Positions 49,911-59,917 of a DNA stretch of 64,000 nucleotides are shown piece after piece (the first letter of the stretch is position 1; each line of letters opens with the position of its first letter). Source of the DNA: Patescibacteria group bacterium (lineage in GTDB: Bacteria; Patescibacteriota; Patescibacteriia; UBA10025; JAHIVO01). The notes beneath the pieces were generated by a model. The model had not been told where the DNA came from. It saw only the letters and a program-made list of their open reading frames with translations, and did not search any database. A program made the position numbers and the translations under genes. The stretch is taken from the NCBI GenBank assembly GCA_041660605.1, contig JBAZWB010000003.1, positions 82,680-146,679 of the forward strand, read 5' to 3'.

Positions 49911-50508
49911 ATTTTATTTTCCTGGCAAGGAGCCGAATGAGCAGGTGATGATGGCCCTGCGCCGGCACCCGGTGGTTATAATTAAGAAAATCATTGACTT
50001 AATATTTATCGGCTTGATACCTATTTTGCTTTATCTGGCGGCGAATATTTATACTGATTGGCTGGATAACCACGCTAGCCTTTTGTATGTATTAGTTGTT
50101 TTGTTTGCCAGCCTGGTTATGCTCTTTGCCACTGTCATGATTTACTATGCCTGGATGGATTATTATCTGGACATCTGGATCATTACTGACCAAAGGATTA
50201 TCGCGGCTGAACAGAAAGGCCTTTTTAACAGGTCGGTTTCCGAGCTGCGCATGCACCAGATACAGGATGTCAGCAGCGAGGTGAAGGGTCTGCTGCCGAC
50301 TTTGCTGAAGTACGGCAGTATCCATGTGCAGACAGCGGCCGAGCAGGATAAATTTAATTTCCGTCAGGTAAAAAATCCGGAAATAGTGGCCAGGGCTATA
50401 CTCGAACTGCATGAAAAGTACATCAGTTTGAATAAAACCGCAGGCAGCGCAAGTCCAACCATTCCGCCGAAGCCAGCGGCAGATAATTTACCGCCGGCGG
50501 GAAAATGA
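49894..50508 (+). CDS. bacterial PH-domain (YdbS/YdbT-like) membrane protein
   Basis: Two TM helices followed by a bPH_2-like segment (WIITDQRIIAAEQKGLFNRSVSELRMHQIQDV). Confidence 0.55.
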   Translation: MINLNKFYFPGKEPNEQVMMALRRHPVVIIKKIIDLIFIGLIPILLYLAANIYTDWLDNHASLLYVLVVLFASLVMLFATVMIYYAWMDYYLDIWIITDQRIIAAEQKGLFNRSVSELRMHQIQDVSSEVKGLLPTLLKYGSIHVQTAAEQDKFNFRQVKNPEIVARAILELHEKYISLNKTAGSASPTIPPKPAADNLPPAGK

Positions 50509-51581
50509 AACGGGAATTATTTGATTATCATCTGCCGGCAAAATTAATCGCCCAAACGCCCATCAGCCCCCGCGACAGCTCGCGACTGCTGGTTTATGAT
50601 CGCCAAACGGAAAAAATCAGGCACGACTTTTTTTATAATCTGCAAAAATATTTAACGTCCGGGGATATTTTAGTTTTTAATGATACCAAGGTTTTCCCGG
50701 CGCGCCTTTGGGGGCGGAAAATTACCGGTGGCCGTATGGAAATTTTTTTATTGAAGCCTCTACGCGGCCAGGTTTGGGAAGCGTTGGTTGGCGGCAAAGC
50801 CAGACGGGCCGGTTTAATTATTAAATTTTCCCATGGGCTGGAATGCACCACGGTTAAAAAGCTTGAAGGCGGAATTTGGCAGGTACGGTTTAATAAGACT
50901 AGGCAGGCGGTTTATAAAATCGCCGATCAGATCGGCTCAACGCCGACCCCGCCGTACGTAAAAAAACTGGCCAAGCTTTCCGATTATCAGACGGTTTATG
51001 CCAGCAAAGTCGGATCAGTGGCCGCGCCCACGGCGGGTTTTCATTTCACCAAACGGTTGTTGGCGCGTTTGAAAAATCTTGGCGTACAGTTTGAATACGT
51101 AACACTGCATGTTGGTTATGGCACTTTCCAGCCGGTGAAAGTTAAAGATATAGAAAAGCATCAGATACACGTGGAATATGCAGAGGCGGATTTGGCTACG
51201 CTAAAACGATTGATTAAAGCAAAGCAAGAGGGCCGGCGCGTTATTGCCGTGGGCACTACGACGGTTCGGGTGCTGGAGACGGTATTTCAGAATAAAAAGT
51301 TTAGCCGCGGAGCCCTCGCTCTGCGGCGGGATTTGGTTAGAGCGAGGGCTCTAACCTCCCCGCAGGGAGGGTTCAAGAGCTGGATTAACACTTTTATTTA
51401 TCCGGGTTATAAATTTAAAATGGTTGACGCCATGATTACCAATTTTCATTTGCCGCAGTCTTCGTTGTTAATGTTGGTCTCGGCTTTTGCCGGTAGGCAG
51501 CAGGTATTAAAAATATACAATAAGGCCGTCCAAGAAAAATACCGTTTTTACAGTTTTGGGGATGGGATGCTGATTGTGTAA
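50505..51581 (+). CDS. queA: S-adenosylmethionine:tRNA ribosyltransferase-isomerase
   Basis: N-terminus FDYHLPAKLIAQTPISPRDSSRLLV is the QueA signature. 358 aa. Confidence 0.9.
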   Translation: MKRELFDYHLPAKLIAQTPISPRDSSRLLVYDRQTEKIRHDFFYNLQKYLTSGDILVFNDTKVFPARLWGRKITGGRMEIFLLKPLRGQVWEALVGGKARRAGLIIKFSHGLECTTVKKLEGGIWQVRFNKTRQAVYKIADQIGSTPTPPYVKKLAKLSDYQTVYASKVGSVAAPTAGFHFTKRLLARLKNLGVQFEYVTLHVGYGTFQPVKVKDIEKHQIHVEYAEADLATLKRLIKAKQEGRRVIAVGTTTVRVLETVFQNKKFSRGALALRRDLVRARALTSPQGGFKSWINTFIYPGYKFKMVDAMITNFHLPQSSLLMLVSAFAGRQQVLKIYNKAVQEKYRFYSFGDGMLIV

Positions 51582-51754
51582 AACACTGCAGATTATCGGG
51601 TAGTCGAGGCGTTTCTGCCTCGACTGTCAGCCAAGGCATAAAAGCCTTGGCTACCCTTAGTAAAAAGTGGGTTTAAAAACTAGCAACCTTCCCACCAGAG
51701 GCAGACATGCGTGGCCTCGCGATTATTTATTATATTATTTAAGAAAATTAACCA

Positions 51755-51795
51755 TTGACAAATATTTGGCAAATGCGCTAGGGTTAGATATAATT
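51755..51795 (+). promoter_or_regulatory. sigma70-like promoter with about 115-nt leader
   Basis: TTGACA, then 18 nt, then TAGATATAAT. Confidence 0.45.
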
Positions 51796-52018
51796 TCTTA
51801 TATGGATCGATCTTTGATTTTGAATATTTCGTGCAATCATGTAGCTATTGGCTTTGAATGGAATCAATTTACAGCGCAATACTGCACTGCGCATTTATCC
51901 TAACATAGGAGGTGGGAAATGTTGAACACTCTAATGAGTGCAGGCACAATAGCTCATGCTAAAGCGCGAATTTTATTCTTTGACGAAACCGTAAAACAGG
52001 AAAGGAGAGCATCTAATC

Positions 52019-52867
52019 ATGCTCAAAAAAGTCTTTTTTGCGGCTATCGTATTCTTTTTCATGGCACCAGTGATGGTGATGGGATGTCCTGCAGGCTCAT
52101 CTGCTGCGCAGGTTCAGCTGACGAACGACGTGTCGCCGCCTTCCCAGATTACAGGCGCTATGATTCAATACGATCCCGGTCTCGACGCTAGCAATCCGAT
52201 GAACACAATCGCATCGAACGCTGGCTTTCAGTCGTCTTCGCCGCCAACCGCGTACCTGGTTGACGTGAAGAACGGCGCGCTGTCCGACAATTCATCCGGT
52301 GTGGTGAATGAGGACGATATTATAGTGGTTAACGACAATTTGATTCTGGCTTCGGCTATTTCGCCGCCGATCACATTTACGATGACGATGAATACGCCGA
52401 ACGCCAAGATCGCCCGCCCGCCGTCTATGATCTCGCAGCAGGAAATGAACGCGGAAAATATGACGGCCAATAGTCACCCACTGTCAATCAATTCGCAGAT
52501 GAACAGCGCGAATTTCGACGGAACGGTGGCTGACGCCTCGACTGGCTGCTTCCAAAATGGTCAGAGCGCGGCGAATTGTAAGATGACAATGGCCACGACC
52601 AGTTCGCCCCCCGGGCCTTCCGCTCAGAGCGTGACGAATGTTGTCGTGGCAAAGAAGTTACTGCTTATTAAGTCCCGGCCGATTACCAGCGAGGTTGCGA
52701 ATACCATGAAGTGTCCCGACTTTGCCGACCCGGTTATGGGGTATGTCACCAGCGACACACAAGACGCTGTGCAGGTGACTCTCAATCCTAAGTGGAATGA
52801 TGTATCGACCCGGAAGTTGTCGCCGTTCGCGAGTACTGATGTGGTAACTAGCGTGACGGTAACATAG
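52019..52867 (+). CDS. secreted Ser/Thr/Asn-rich protein
   Basis: Signal peptide MLKKVFFAAIVFFFMAPVMVMGCPAGSSAAQ. Low-complexity, GC-rich. Terminator at 52950-52993. Confidence 0.5.
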   Translation: MLKKVFFAAIVFFFMAPVMVMGCPAGSSAAQVQLTNDVSPPSQITGAMIQYDPGLDASNPMNTIASNAGFQSSSPPTAYLVDVKNGALSDNSSGVVNEDDIIVVNDNLILASAISPPITFTMTMNTPNAKIARPPSMISQQEMNAENMTANSHPLSINSQMNSANFDGTVADASTGCFQNGQSAANCKMTMATTSSPPGPSAQSVTNVVVAKKLLLIKSRPITSEVANTMKCPDFADPVMGYVTSDTQDAVQVTLNPKWNDVSTRKLSPFASTDVVTSVTVT

Positions 52868-53052
52868 CAGATCTTCGTATGGAAGGTTGTTCATAGTAAT
52901 GTCCTTCCAAAAAACTTTTTCTAGCATTCAGTGAGAATGCGAAAGAAAGTTACAAACAAGCCGGTGGTTGCGTTTAGCGACCGCCGGCGATTTTTTTTAT
53001 ATTCTGACAATTTTATTTAATCATTTTTTTAATGTCTTGTCACCGGCCAGAG

Positions 53053-53081
53053 CTTGACAAAAAAGCTCATGCGAGTATAAT
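53053..53081 (+). promoter_or_regulatory. consensus sigma70 promoter
   Basis: TTGACA, then 17 nt, then TATAAT: an exact consensus. Confidence 0.55.
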
Positions 53082-53137
53082 ATAGTTTCAAACTTTTTTA
53101 ATATCAATTTTCAATACTTCTGGAGGGATTGCACATT

Positions 53138-53278
53138 ATGGCCAAAAAACGAACGTCCAACTATAAAATTCCGCACAAAACTGCTTGGCAACTGTACTCG
53201 TTGCAAAAACTGAATACTACGAAATTTATCAAAGTCGTCAATTTGATACTTCGACAAGAGCATCAGTGTATAAAGTAG
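53138..53278 (+). CDS. 46-aa basic small protein
   Basis: Hand-found: MAKKRTSNYKIPHKTAWQLYSLQKLNTTKFIKVVNLILRQEHQCIK. SD TGGAGGG. Terminator at about 53300-53335. Confidence 0.4.
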   Translation: MAKKRTSNYKIPHKTAWQLYSLQKLNTTKFIKVVNLILRQEHQCIK

Positions 53279-53407
53279 TTTTCCGGGTTTGTCTGGACTT
53301 CACCAATTCAAAACCTCCCGAGGGATGCTATCTCTCAGGCGGTTTTTTATTAAAAAAAAGGAACGACTTGCGTCGTTCCAGCTGAAGTATCGGGTAGATT
53401 TCAGCGG

Positions 53408-53956
53408 TCAGGGTAGTTCGGGTATGTCCGGCTTTTTTGCGTGGCCACTTCCGAAAAGGTGCTTGAAGAATCCGCGGCTGGCCTCATGCTTGTAGTAGGC
53501 GTACCAGGGCATCAGATTGGTGACCAGGGTATCGCGTACTGAGATCTCCTCCTGCAATTGCGAGATCTGATTGTCAGCGAATTGGATTTTAGCTTTTTGT
53601 TCGCCTAACTCTTCCCAACACTTTGGTAATTGGGCACTGACGGCCTTGAGGCTATCAACGTCCGCCATCAGCTTGGCAGTCTTTGCCTTTTCAGCCTTGA
53701 GCGCCTTTGTTTTGGCAGCCAGGCTAGGTTCGAGTTTGGCAATCTGCTGTCTGGCGGTGTCGAGCTGGTTTAGCGCTGCGTTACGCTCATCTAGAGCTTT
53801 ACTGTACAAAGCTCCTGTCTCATTGCGTTCAGTCCTTAAGGAGTTGATCAACTCTTGGGCAGTTGAGAGCTGAATTTTCAGATCAGCCTCTTTGTTTGCG
53901 CAGCCAGCGAATGTAAGGGTGACCGCCACCATTAATAAAAGTGCATACCGGTACAT
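53408..53956 (-). CDS. coiled-coil lipoprotein
   Basis: Lipobox LTFAGC after a signal peptide. Long alpha-helical, Ala/Lys-rich region. Confidence 0.6.
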   Translation of the reverse strand: MYRYALLLMVAVTLTFAGCANKEADLKIQLSTAQELINSLRTERNETGALYSKALDERNAALNQLDTARQQIAKLEPSLAAKTKALKAEKAKTAKLMADVDSLKAVSAQLPKCWEELGEQKAKIQFADNQISQLQEEISVRDTLVTNLMPWYAYYKHEASRGFFKHLFGSGHAKKPDIPELP

Positions 53957-54098
53957 GATGAACCTCCATTAGGTTAAAGTTGGTATTTTTGCAACATTTC
54001 TTATCTCAAGTAAGTAAATAAGCTTAGCTAAATTTAGCGAATAAGTCAATAAAAAATCAGCAGTCTTTTTCTGGGACGGTTATATTTAACTTTATTAG

Positions 54099-54345
54099 TT
54101 AAGCAAAGTTTTAATTCTGCTGGCCTGGGCAGCCCCGCCTACGCTAAAGCTCCGACGGGGCGGTAAGATAGTGGAAGGCTTATAACCGAAAAATTTCGTT
54201 TTTAGTTTAGTAGTGTTTTAATTCTACTTGCCTGCGCCGTCCCGCTAGTCAGCGGGACTGCTTGATTAAAAAACGCTTACATTCTGAAAAAGCCGTGGTT
54301 AGTTTAATAAAGTTTTGATTCTGCTAGCTTGGGCAGCAAACGCGC
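54099..54345. repeat. three about-100-bp periodic units (gttttRattctgctRgc motif plus GC hairpin)
   Basis: Units begin near 54107, 54207 and 54307. The third is the actual 3-prime end of the 54299-54967 CDS. Confidence 0.55.
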
Positions 54346-54967
54346 CCCAGTAATTCTTGTCGCGCTTGGCCTGCAGTTCGCCGGCTATTTCCTCCCAGTC
54401 GTGTGCGGAGACGCGCACCAGCTTGAATTTTTCCGGATCAATAATTTTCATATAAGAGGCCAGCTTGGTAAATTTACCCGTGATGTCCTGCTGCCGATAG
54501 TCATTGAGCTTGCCTATAATGCCCTCCCAGGCCTGGTCTTCAATTTTCAATCGGGAGAATCTTTGCGGATCAATAATTTTCATATGGTGGGCGTGCGAGG
54601 CAAAATGTTCCCAGTTGCTCTGGGTAATGGCTGTTTTCAGGATGCCAATCATTTTTTCCCAATGCCGGTCAGTCACTTCAATGTCCTGGGCGCGCACCGG
54701 GTCAATCAGCTTCATCCGCGCCAGCCGTGCGGCAAAGGCATCCCAGTTTTCCTGGTTATGATAATTTTCCAGCTCACGGCCCATGCCCAGCCATTCGTTG
54801 TCCGTGATGAGGATGCCTCTGAACTGTTCCGGATCAATCACCGCCATACGCGCGGCGTGCCAGGTATAATCCCGCCAGAATTTACCCAGTGAATAATTGC
54901 GCAGCTCGTCTTTCATATTCTGCCAGTCGGATTCGATAACTTCAATGTTTGGGCCGATTATCGTCAT
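54299..54967 (-). CDS. tandem-repeat protein (five about-44-aa Trp-containing repeats)
   Basis: Repeats read ...W..(F/I)...A..MK.IDP..F..L.I.D..W.. Confidence 0.55.
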   Translation of the reverse strand: MTIIGPNIEVIESDWQNMKDELRNYSLGKFWRDYTWHAARMAVIDPEQFRGILITDNEWLGMGRELENYHNQENWDAFAARLARMKLIDPVRAQDIEVTDRHWEKMIGILKTAITQSNWEHFASHAHHMKIIDPQRFSRLKIEDQAWEGIIGKLNDYRQQDITGKFTKLASYMKIIDPEKFKLVRVSAHDWEEIAGELQAKRDKNYWGAFAAQASRIKTLLN

Positions 54968-55132
54968 GTCTATATTATACTAAAAAACAGCGCTAATTAA
55001 CATCAGAAGTGTTGAGGGCTTTAATAAGTCTTATAACTTTTGTCACTCTGAGCCCTTCGGCAAAGGCAGGTCATCCCGCCTTCAGCGGGACTCCTCAGAA
55101 TGACAGTAAAAACATCCAGGCTTAATAATTTT

Positions 55133-57079
55133 TTAGTAGATTTTTTCTACCTTAGTTCCAGTATAGTAGTGCTTTAATATCCAGTCATACGTTTTCTCTT
55201 CTTCAGTCGCATACCCTCTGGCACCCTGGGCGGATAAACCAACCATGTGGTTGCCTGAGAGCGTGTTCCAATTGGAAATTTTTCCGTACGGATCGACAAC
55301 CGAGACCAGCCAGGGGAAGCCGGAGCCTTTCCAGACCTCTGTCCATGATCTGGTGCGGCCGTCAGTGCCGGAGGAGTAAGCGGCCACGGCAATGCCCAGC
55401 GGGTTCACCTGGCTGATGGCGTCCGGATGGGTGATGACAATGCCCTGCGTGGCCACAACTGCTTGTATCGGGTCAATTGATCTTGATTCAAACCCGTAGC
55501 CGCGGTAAACCTGGTCGGTGGTGGCATTGATGTCATAAAAGTTATCCGGGTGCTTGCCGCCGCGAATTTCGTGCCAGAGCGCGTAGGAGCGGGCAGCGGT
55601 AATCAGAGCTTTCAGATATTCTTCCGGCTGTTCGTTGGATACTTCAGCCAGGCCTTTTAAATATGATTCAATGGGCAATTCATTAATCACCCACATTTCT
55701 TTTGTTTCAGCGGAATAGCGGATCTCAATTGTGCCGCGGAATTTATTGTCGTTTAAACTTTTGTTCCACACCGGTGCATTATCAAAACTGGTAATTTCCA
55801 TAATGGTATTGACTGACTGGGGCACCAGTCGCACGTAAGTGTCATCTGAATAATTAATGGTAGTTGTTTGTGAAGCTGATTTCAGGCTTTCGTCGCCGGT
55901 GGTCATTTCAATAACTTTATATTTTCCGTCAGCGGTAATTGTTACCGGATCGGCTGTTTCGTACAAACCGATTCTGACGTTTGGTTCGTCAGTAATCAAA
56001 TTATCAGCAGTTTGCTCCGGCGGGTTGCCAACTTTGAACTGCATGGTAAATTCCCCGCCCGGAATCCACATGAGATTCTCGGCTACCAGGGCGAATTTTT
56101 CTGTATAATATCCCTCAACATTCGGAGCCTGCAGGGCAAAGCGGAACCGTCCGCCTTCTCCGGGGTAGATGCGCGTCTGCAGCAGCCTGGTGGGCCGATA
56201 ATAATATTCGCTCCAGAAATCGTGCTTGAAATCGCTGACGCGTCCGATCGGATCGGTGACGTTAAGGGCGACAAAATGTCCATTATTATTGTACCAATTT
56301 TTCAGTCCGGTATTTTTGAAATCAACCCAAAAAGTAAAAGCCTGCCCCGGCTTTACGGATATCACACCGCCATTACTGCGTTCTATTTCCTGCGCCTGAT
56401 AATCGGGAATTTTATTTACTTTTTCGCCAACACCGATGTTGATTTCAAAATATCCGCCTTCGATCCAGGTCAGATTTTCAGAGACCAGGTTAAACTTTTC
56501 CAGATAAAGGCCGGTCTCCTGCGGCGCTTGCAGGGCGAAACGAAAGCGACCGGTCTGGCCGGGCTTCACTTCGCTTTGCAAAAGCCGTCCTGGGCGGTAG
56601 TAGTACTGGCTCCAGAAGGGATGCTGGAATGGGCTATGCCGGCCAGCCGGGCCAGTGAGATTGACGGCGACGAAATTATTTCCGCTGTTGTGCCAGGTGG
56701 ATGCGCCGGTATTTAAAAAATCAATCCAGAACGTTACTGCTTGTCCTGGATTTAAATTTATTGTTGAATTGCTTCTGTCTATCTCCTGCGCCTGGTAATT
56801 CGGCCCGGAGTTGGCCGCCTGGGTGAAGATGCCCAGCACCTTGGGATTAAAATTTTCCTGGGCAGGCACTGGCATCGGTCCGTAGCTGCCGATATAGCCG
56901 GCGGTCAGATAGTCGGAGATCTGTGTTTTGCCGGATGAAGCATAGCTGGTCGGTATGCCGATAAAATCAGTAGCCTTCGTTTCCGCATTAAAATTCTGCT
57001 CAATATATGCCGGGACAAAAGGTATCAGCATGAGCATCATTACTACAGCAAAAAGCGCTGTGTAGCTCTTTTTTTGCAT
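55133..57079 (-). CDS. SpoIID/LytB-domain protein with two N-terminal repeat domains
   Basis: C-terminal YLKGLAEVSNEQPEEYLKALITAARSYAL is SpoIID-like. Two about-115-aa internal repeats. Signal/TM N-terminus. Confidence 0.7.
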   Translation of the reverse strand: MQKKSYTALFAVVMMLMLIPFVPAYIEQNFNAETKATDFIGIPTSYASSGKTQISDYLTAGYIGSYGPMPVPAQENFNPKVLGIFTQAANSGPNYQAQEIDRSNSTINLNPGQAVTFWIDFLNTGASTWHNSGNNFVAVNLTGPAGRHSPFQHPFWSQYYYRPGRLLQSEVKPGQTGRFRFALQAPQETGLYLEKFNLVSENLTWIEGGYFEINIGVGEKVNKIPDYQAQEIERSNGGVISVKPGQAFTFWVDFKNTGLKNWYNNNGHFVALNVTDPIGRVSDFKHDFWSEYYYRPTRLLQTRIYPGEGGRFRFALQAPNVEGYYTEKFALVAENLMWIPGGEFTMQFKVGNPPEQTADNLITDEPNVRIGLYETADPVTITADGKYKVIEMTTGDESLKSASQTTTINYSDDTYVRLVPQSVNTIMEITSFDNAPVWNKSLNDNKFRGTIEIRYSAETKEMWVINELPIESYLKGLAEVSNEQPEEYLKALITAARSYALWHEIRGGKHPDNFYDINATTDQVYRGYGFESRSIDPIQAVVATQGIVITHPDAISQVNPLGIAVAAYSSGTDGRTRSWTEVWKGSGFPWLVSVVDPYGKISNWNTLSGNHMVGLSAQGARGYATEEEKTYDWILKHYYTGTKVEKIY

Positions 57080-57351
57080 AATTTTTATTGTTTATTTTTG
57101 TTTTTGGACAGAAAAGCAGGCTTATTGTTCCCGCGATAAGTACAAAAGCCAGATTAGCTATTTTGGTTAAAGTGGTTTTTGTATTTATTTACCTCAATGT
57201 ATTCAGTGAGCTCCGTTTATAATCTTGGGAGCTTATTTTTGATTTTTATTTTGGATTTTTCTGTCTCTATTGATAATATTAGCACAATTTTTACCGTTTG
57301 TCAATCTCTTTATTACGTGTTACGATTACTTTGGTTTTTTAGATCTGGCTA

Positions 57352-58788
57352 TTGATATTCAGTCTTTTTTTTATGTCTTACACGCGTAAAATTGCGCATA
57401 ATACCATCATACAGATAGCTGGCAAAGCTATTAGCACCGTTATAGGGATGGTGGTCATCGGTATGCTGACGCGCTATTTGGGGGAGAGCGGTTTTGGACA
57501 GTATTATACGATTATGATTTTCCTGCAGCTTTTTGGCGTGCTAGTTGATTTGGGCTTGTATATTATTTTGGTAAAGAGGATTTCCGAACCGGGAGTTGAT
57601 GAATCCCGGTTGACCAGCAATATTTTTACCTTGCGTCTGATTTCTGCGGTTTTATTTCTTGGTCTCGCTCCGGTCATTGTGCTGTTTTTTCCTTATGCCG
57701 CTATCGTCAAGGTGGGCGTTTTAATCACTAGCTTTTCATTTTTAGCTATTACTTTAAACCAAGCACTGTCTGGAGTTTTTCAGAAGCATTTGCGTATGGA
57801 CAGAGTGGTGATTTCCGAATTAGTCGGTCGCGTAGTTTTGATAGGATTTACCTGGTATGCAATCAGCGCCAATCTTGGCTTGCTGGCTGTTATGGCCGCA
57901 GTGGTGGCTGGCAGTATAGCTAATTTTTTGTTAACTTTCATTTTTGTCAGACAGCTAGTCAAGATAAAGTTAGCTTTTGACTGGCGGCTGTGGCGGGAAA
58001 TAATTTATCAAGCCTGGCCGATCGCCTTGTCTATAGCTTTCAATCTTATTTATTTAAGGGGTGACGCAATAATATTATCTCTTTACCATCATGAAACGGC
58101 AGTGGGTATCTATGGCGCTCCCAATAAAGTACTGGAGGTTTTAGTGACTTTTCCGGCCATGTTTGCCGGACTGGTTTTGCCCTTACTGACAGCTGCCTGG
58201 GCACTGGCTGACCGGGAAAAGTTTAAACGCATTCTTAATAAGTCTTTTGACGCCATGATTATTTTGGCAGTACCTTTGATGGTGGGTACCTGGTTTGTGG
58301 CTAAGCCGATCATGAATCTACTCGCCCCGAATTTTCATCAGGCCGATGCCTTACTGCGAATATTAATTATCGCCACCAGTATAATATTTGTTGGTAACCT
58401 GTTCGGCAATACCGTCGTTGCGCTCAATCGCCAAAAAAGCATGATGTGGCTATATCTTTTGGTAGCAATTTTTTCCTTGATTGGCTATTTTGTATTTATT
58501 CCGCGCTATTCGTATTTTGGCGCAGCCTGGGTGCGCACAGCTTCGGAGCTGGCCATCACCATTGCAGCCAGCTGGCTAGTTTTGAGAATTACGCGAGTGA
58601 GATTGGATTTAAAGGTTTTTCTTAAAGTAATTTTGGCCAGTGGATTGATGGCACTAGCGATGTATTGGCTGAGGTCAATTAATTTTATATTATTAATATT
58701 AGTCGGCTGCGCAGTTTACCTTTTAGCGCTCCTGGCCTTCAGGGTTGTTAATCGGGAAACCCTCCGGGAAATTACCCGAATAAATTAG
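57352..58788 (+). CDS. polysaccharide biosynthesis flippase (Wzx / MOP family)
   Basis: 478 aa, about 12 TM helices, N-terminal pattern typical of O-unit flippases. Confidence 0.7.
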   Translation: MIFSLFFMSYTRKIAHNTIIQIAGKAISTVIGMVVIGMLTRYLGESGFGQYYTIMIFLQLFGVLVDLGLYIILVKRISEPGVDESRLTSNIFTLRLISAVLFLGLAPVIVLFFPYAAIVKVGVLITSFSFLAITLNQALSGVFQKHLRMDRVVISELVGRVVLIGFTWYAISANLGLLAVMAAVVAGSIANFLLTFIFVRQLVKIKLAFDWRLWREIIYQAWPIALSIAFNLIYLRGDAIILSLYHHETAVGIYGAPNKVLEVLVTFPAMFAGLVLPLLTAAWALADREKFKRILNKSFDAMIILAVPLMVGTWFVAKPIMNLLAPNFHQADALLRILIIATSIIFVGNLFGNTVVALNRQKSMMWLYLLVAIFSLIGYFVFIPRYSYFGAAWVRTASELAITIAASWLVLRITRVRLDLKVFLKVILASGLMALAMYWLRSINFILLILVGCAVYLLALLAFRVVNRETLREITRIN

Positions 58789-58790
58789 TT

Positions 58791-59915
58791 ATGCAAAACA
58801 TTTTAATATTAAAATTTCCTTATTCATCATTATTCGGCGGCGGCGAGAAGCACACGCTTATTTTGGTAGAGCAGATGCAGCAGAAAGGCTTTAATTTTTT
58901 CCTGGTTTCTTCCTGCCCGGTCCTGCTGAAAGAATTCAAATCGCGCCGCTGGTTCGCTAAAAAAGCCTGGGCCGGCCGTGAACCGGTTTCCAAGGGCACT
59001 CTTCTGCTCTGGCCGCTGGTGGCGCCGCTGGCTTTTTTTAATTTATTTTTAATTTTACTGCAGTACCGGTTCGGAAAAAAAGTAAAAATACTATACTGTC
59101 TGTCGCTGACGGAAAAAATACTGGCCACGGTGCCGGCCCGGATGCTGGGCATGAAAGTATTCTGGGTGGAACATGTGACCTTTGAACGCTGGCTGACTAA
59201 AAATCCGCTGAAGATATTTTATCGTTTTTTTTCCCGATTCGCCAACGTAGTGGCCATTTCCCAGGTCATCAAACGGCAGCTGATAGAAAAGATAAAAGTG
59301 CGACCGGAAAACATTACAGTTATTTACAATGGCATAGATCTGCGTCAGTTTAGCATGAAGCGCTTCCGCTGGGAGAAAGGCGCACGCTTCAACATCGGCT
59401 GCGTGGCCAGGCTGGAAAAGGAAAAAGGCATCGAGTTTCTGATCCAGGCCATAAAAATTGTCAGAGAGTTTGTGCCTTTTGTCAGGCTGATCATTGTCGG
59501 CGAGGGCGGTGAAAAAAAGAAGCTGGTTTGGCTGTCAGAGAGAATGAACCTGAAAGAAATAATTCAGTGGGTGGGGCATCAGCAAGAGATTGATAAATGG
59601 TATGGTTACTTTGATGTCTATGCCCTGCCTTCGGTTAAGCGAGAATCATTTGGCATTACTCTGGTAGAAGCGATGGCTAGCGGAGTGCCGGTGGTCGGGT
59701 CCAACCTCGGCGGCATACCGGAAATAATTGATAATAAGGTAAACGGGCTTTTGGCCGAGCCGGGCTCCAGTCGTGATCTGGCCGATAAGCTATTATATTT
59801 ATTCAATAACCGCGGCGAGGCCAGGGAAATGGTGCTCCAGGCCCGCGATAAGGTGGAAAAAAACTTCAGCGTGGAACGCATGATCAGGGATTTTTACATA
59901 TTATTAAAAAAGTAA
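58791..59915 (+). CDS. GT4 family glycosyltransferase
   Basis: EX7E-type C-terminal motif FGITLVEAMASGVPVV. GT-B fold length. Confidence 0.85.
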   Translation: MQNILILKFPYSSLFGGGEKHTLILVEQMQQKGFNFFLVSSCPVLLKEFKSRRWFAKKAWAGREPVSKGTLLLWPLVAPLAFFNLFLILLQYRFGKKVKILYCLSLTEKILATVPARMLGMKVFWVEHVTFERWLTKNPLKIFYRFFSRFANVVAISQVIKRQLIEKIKVRPENITVIYNGIDLRQFSMKRFRWEKGARFNIGCVARLEKEKGIEFLIQAIKIVREFVPFVRLIIVGEGGEKKKLVWLSERMNLKEIIQWVGHQQEIDKWYGYFDVYALPSVKRESFGITLVEAMASGVPVVGSNLGGIPEIIDNKVNGLLAEPGSSRDLADKLLYLFNNRGEAREMVLQARDKVEKNFSVERMIRDFYILLKK

Positions 59916-59917
59916 AT

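Noticed and set aside
51919-52191. ORF with AGGAGGTG SD upstream of the secreted S/T-rich protein
   Set aside because: It overlaps the 282-aa signal-peptide ORF out of frame and has low-complexity content. It is kept only as a possible leader peptide, not called.
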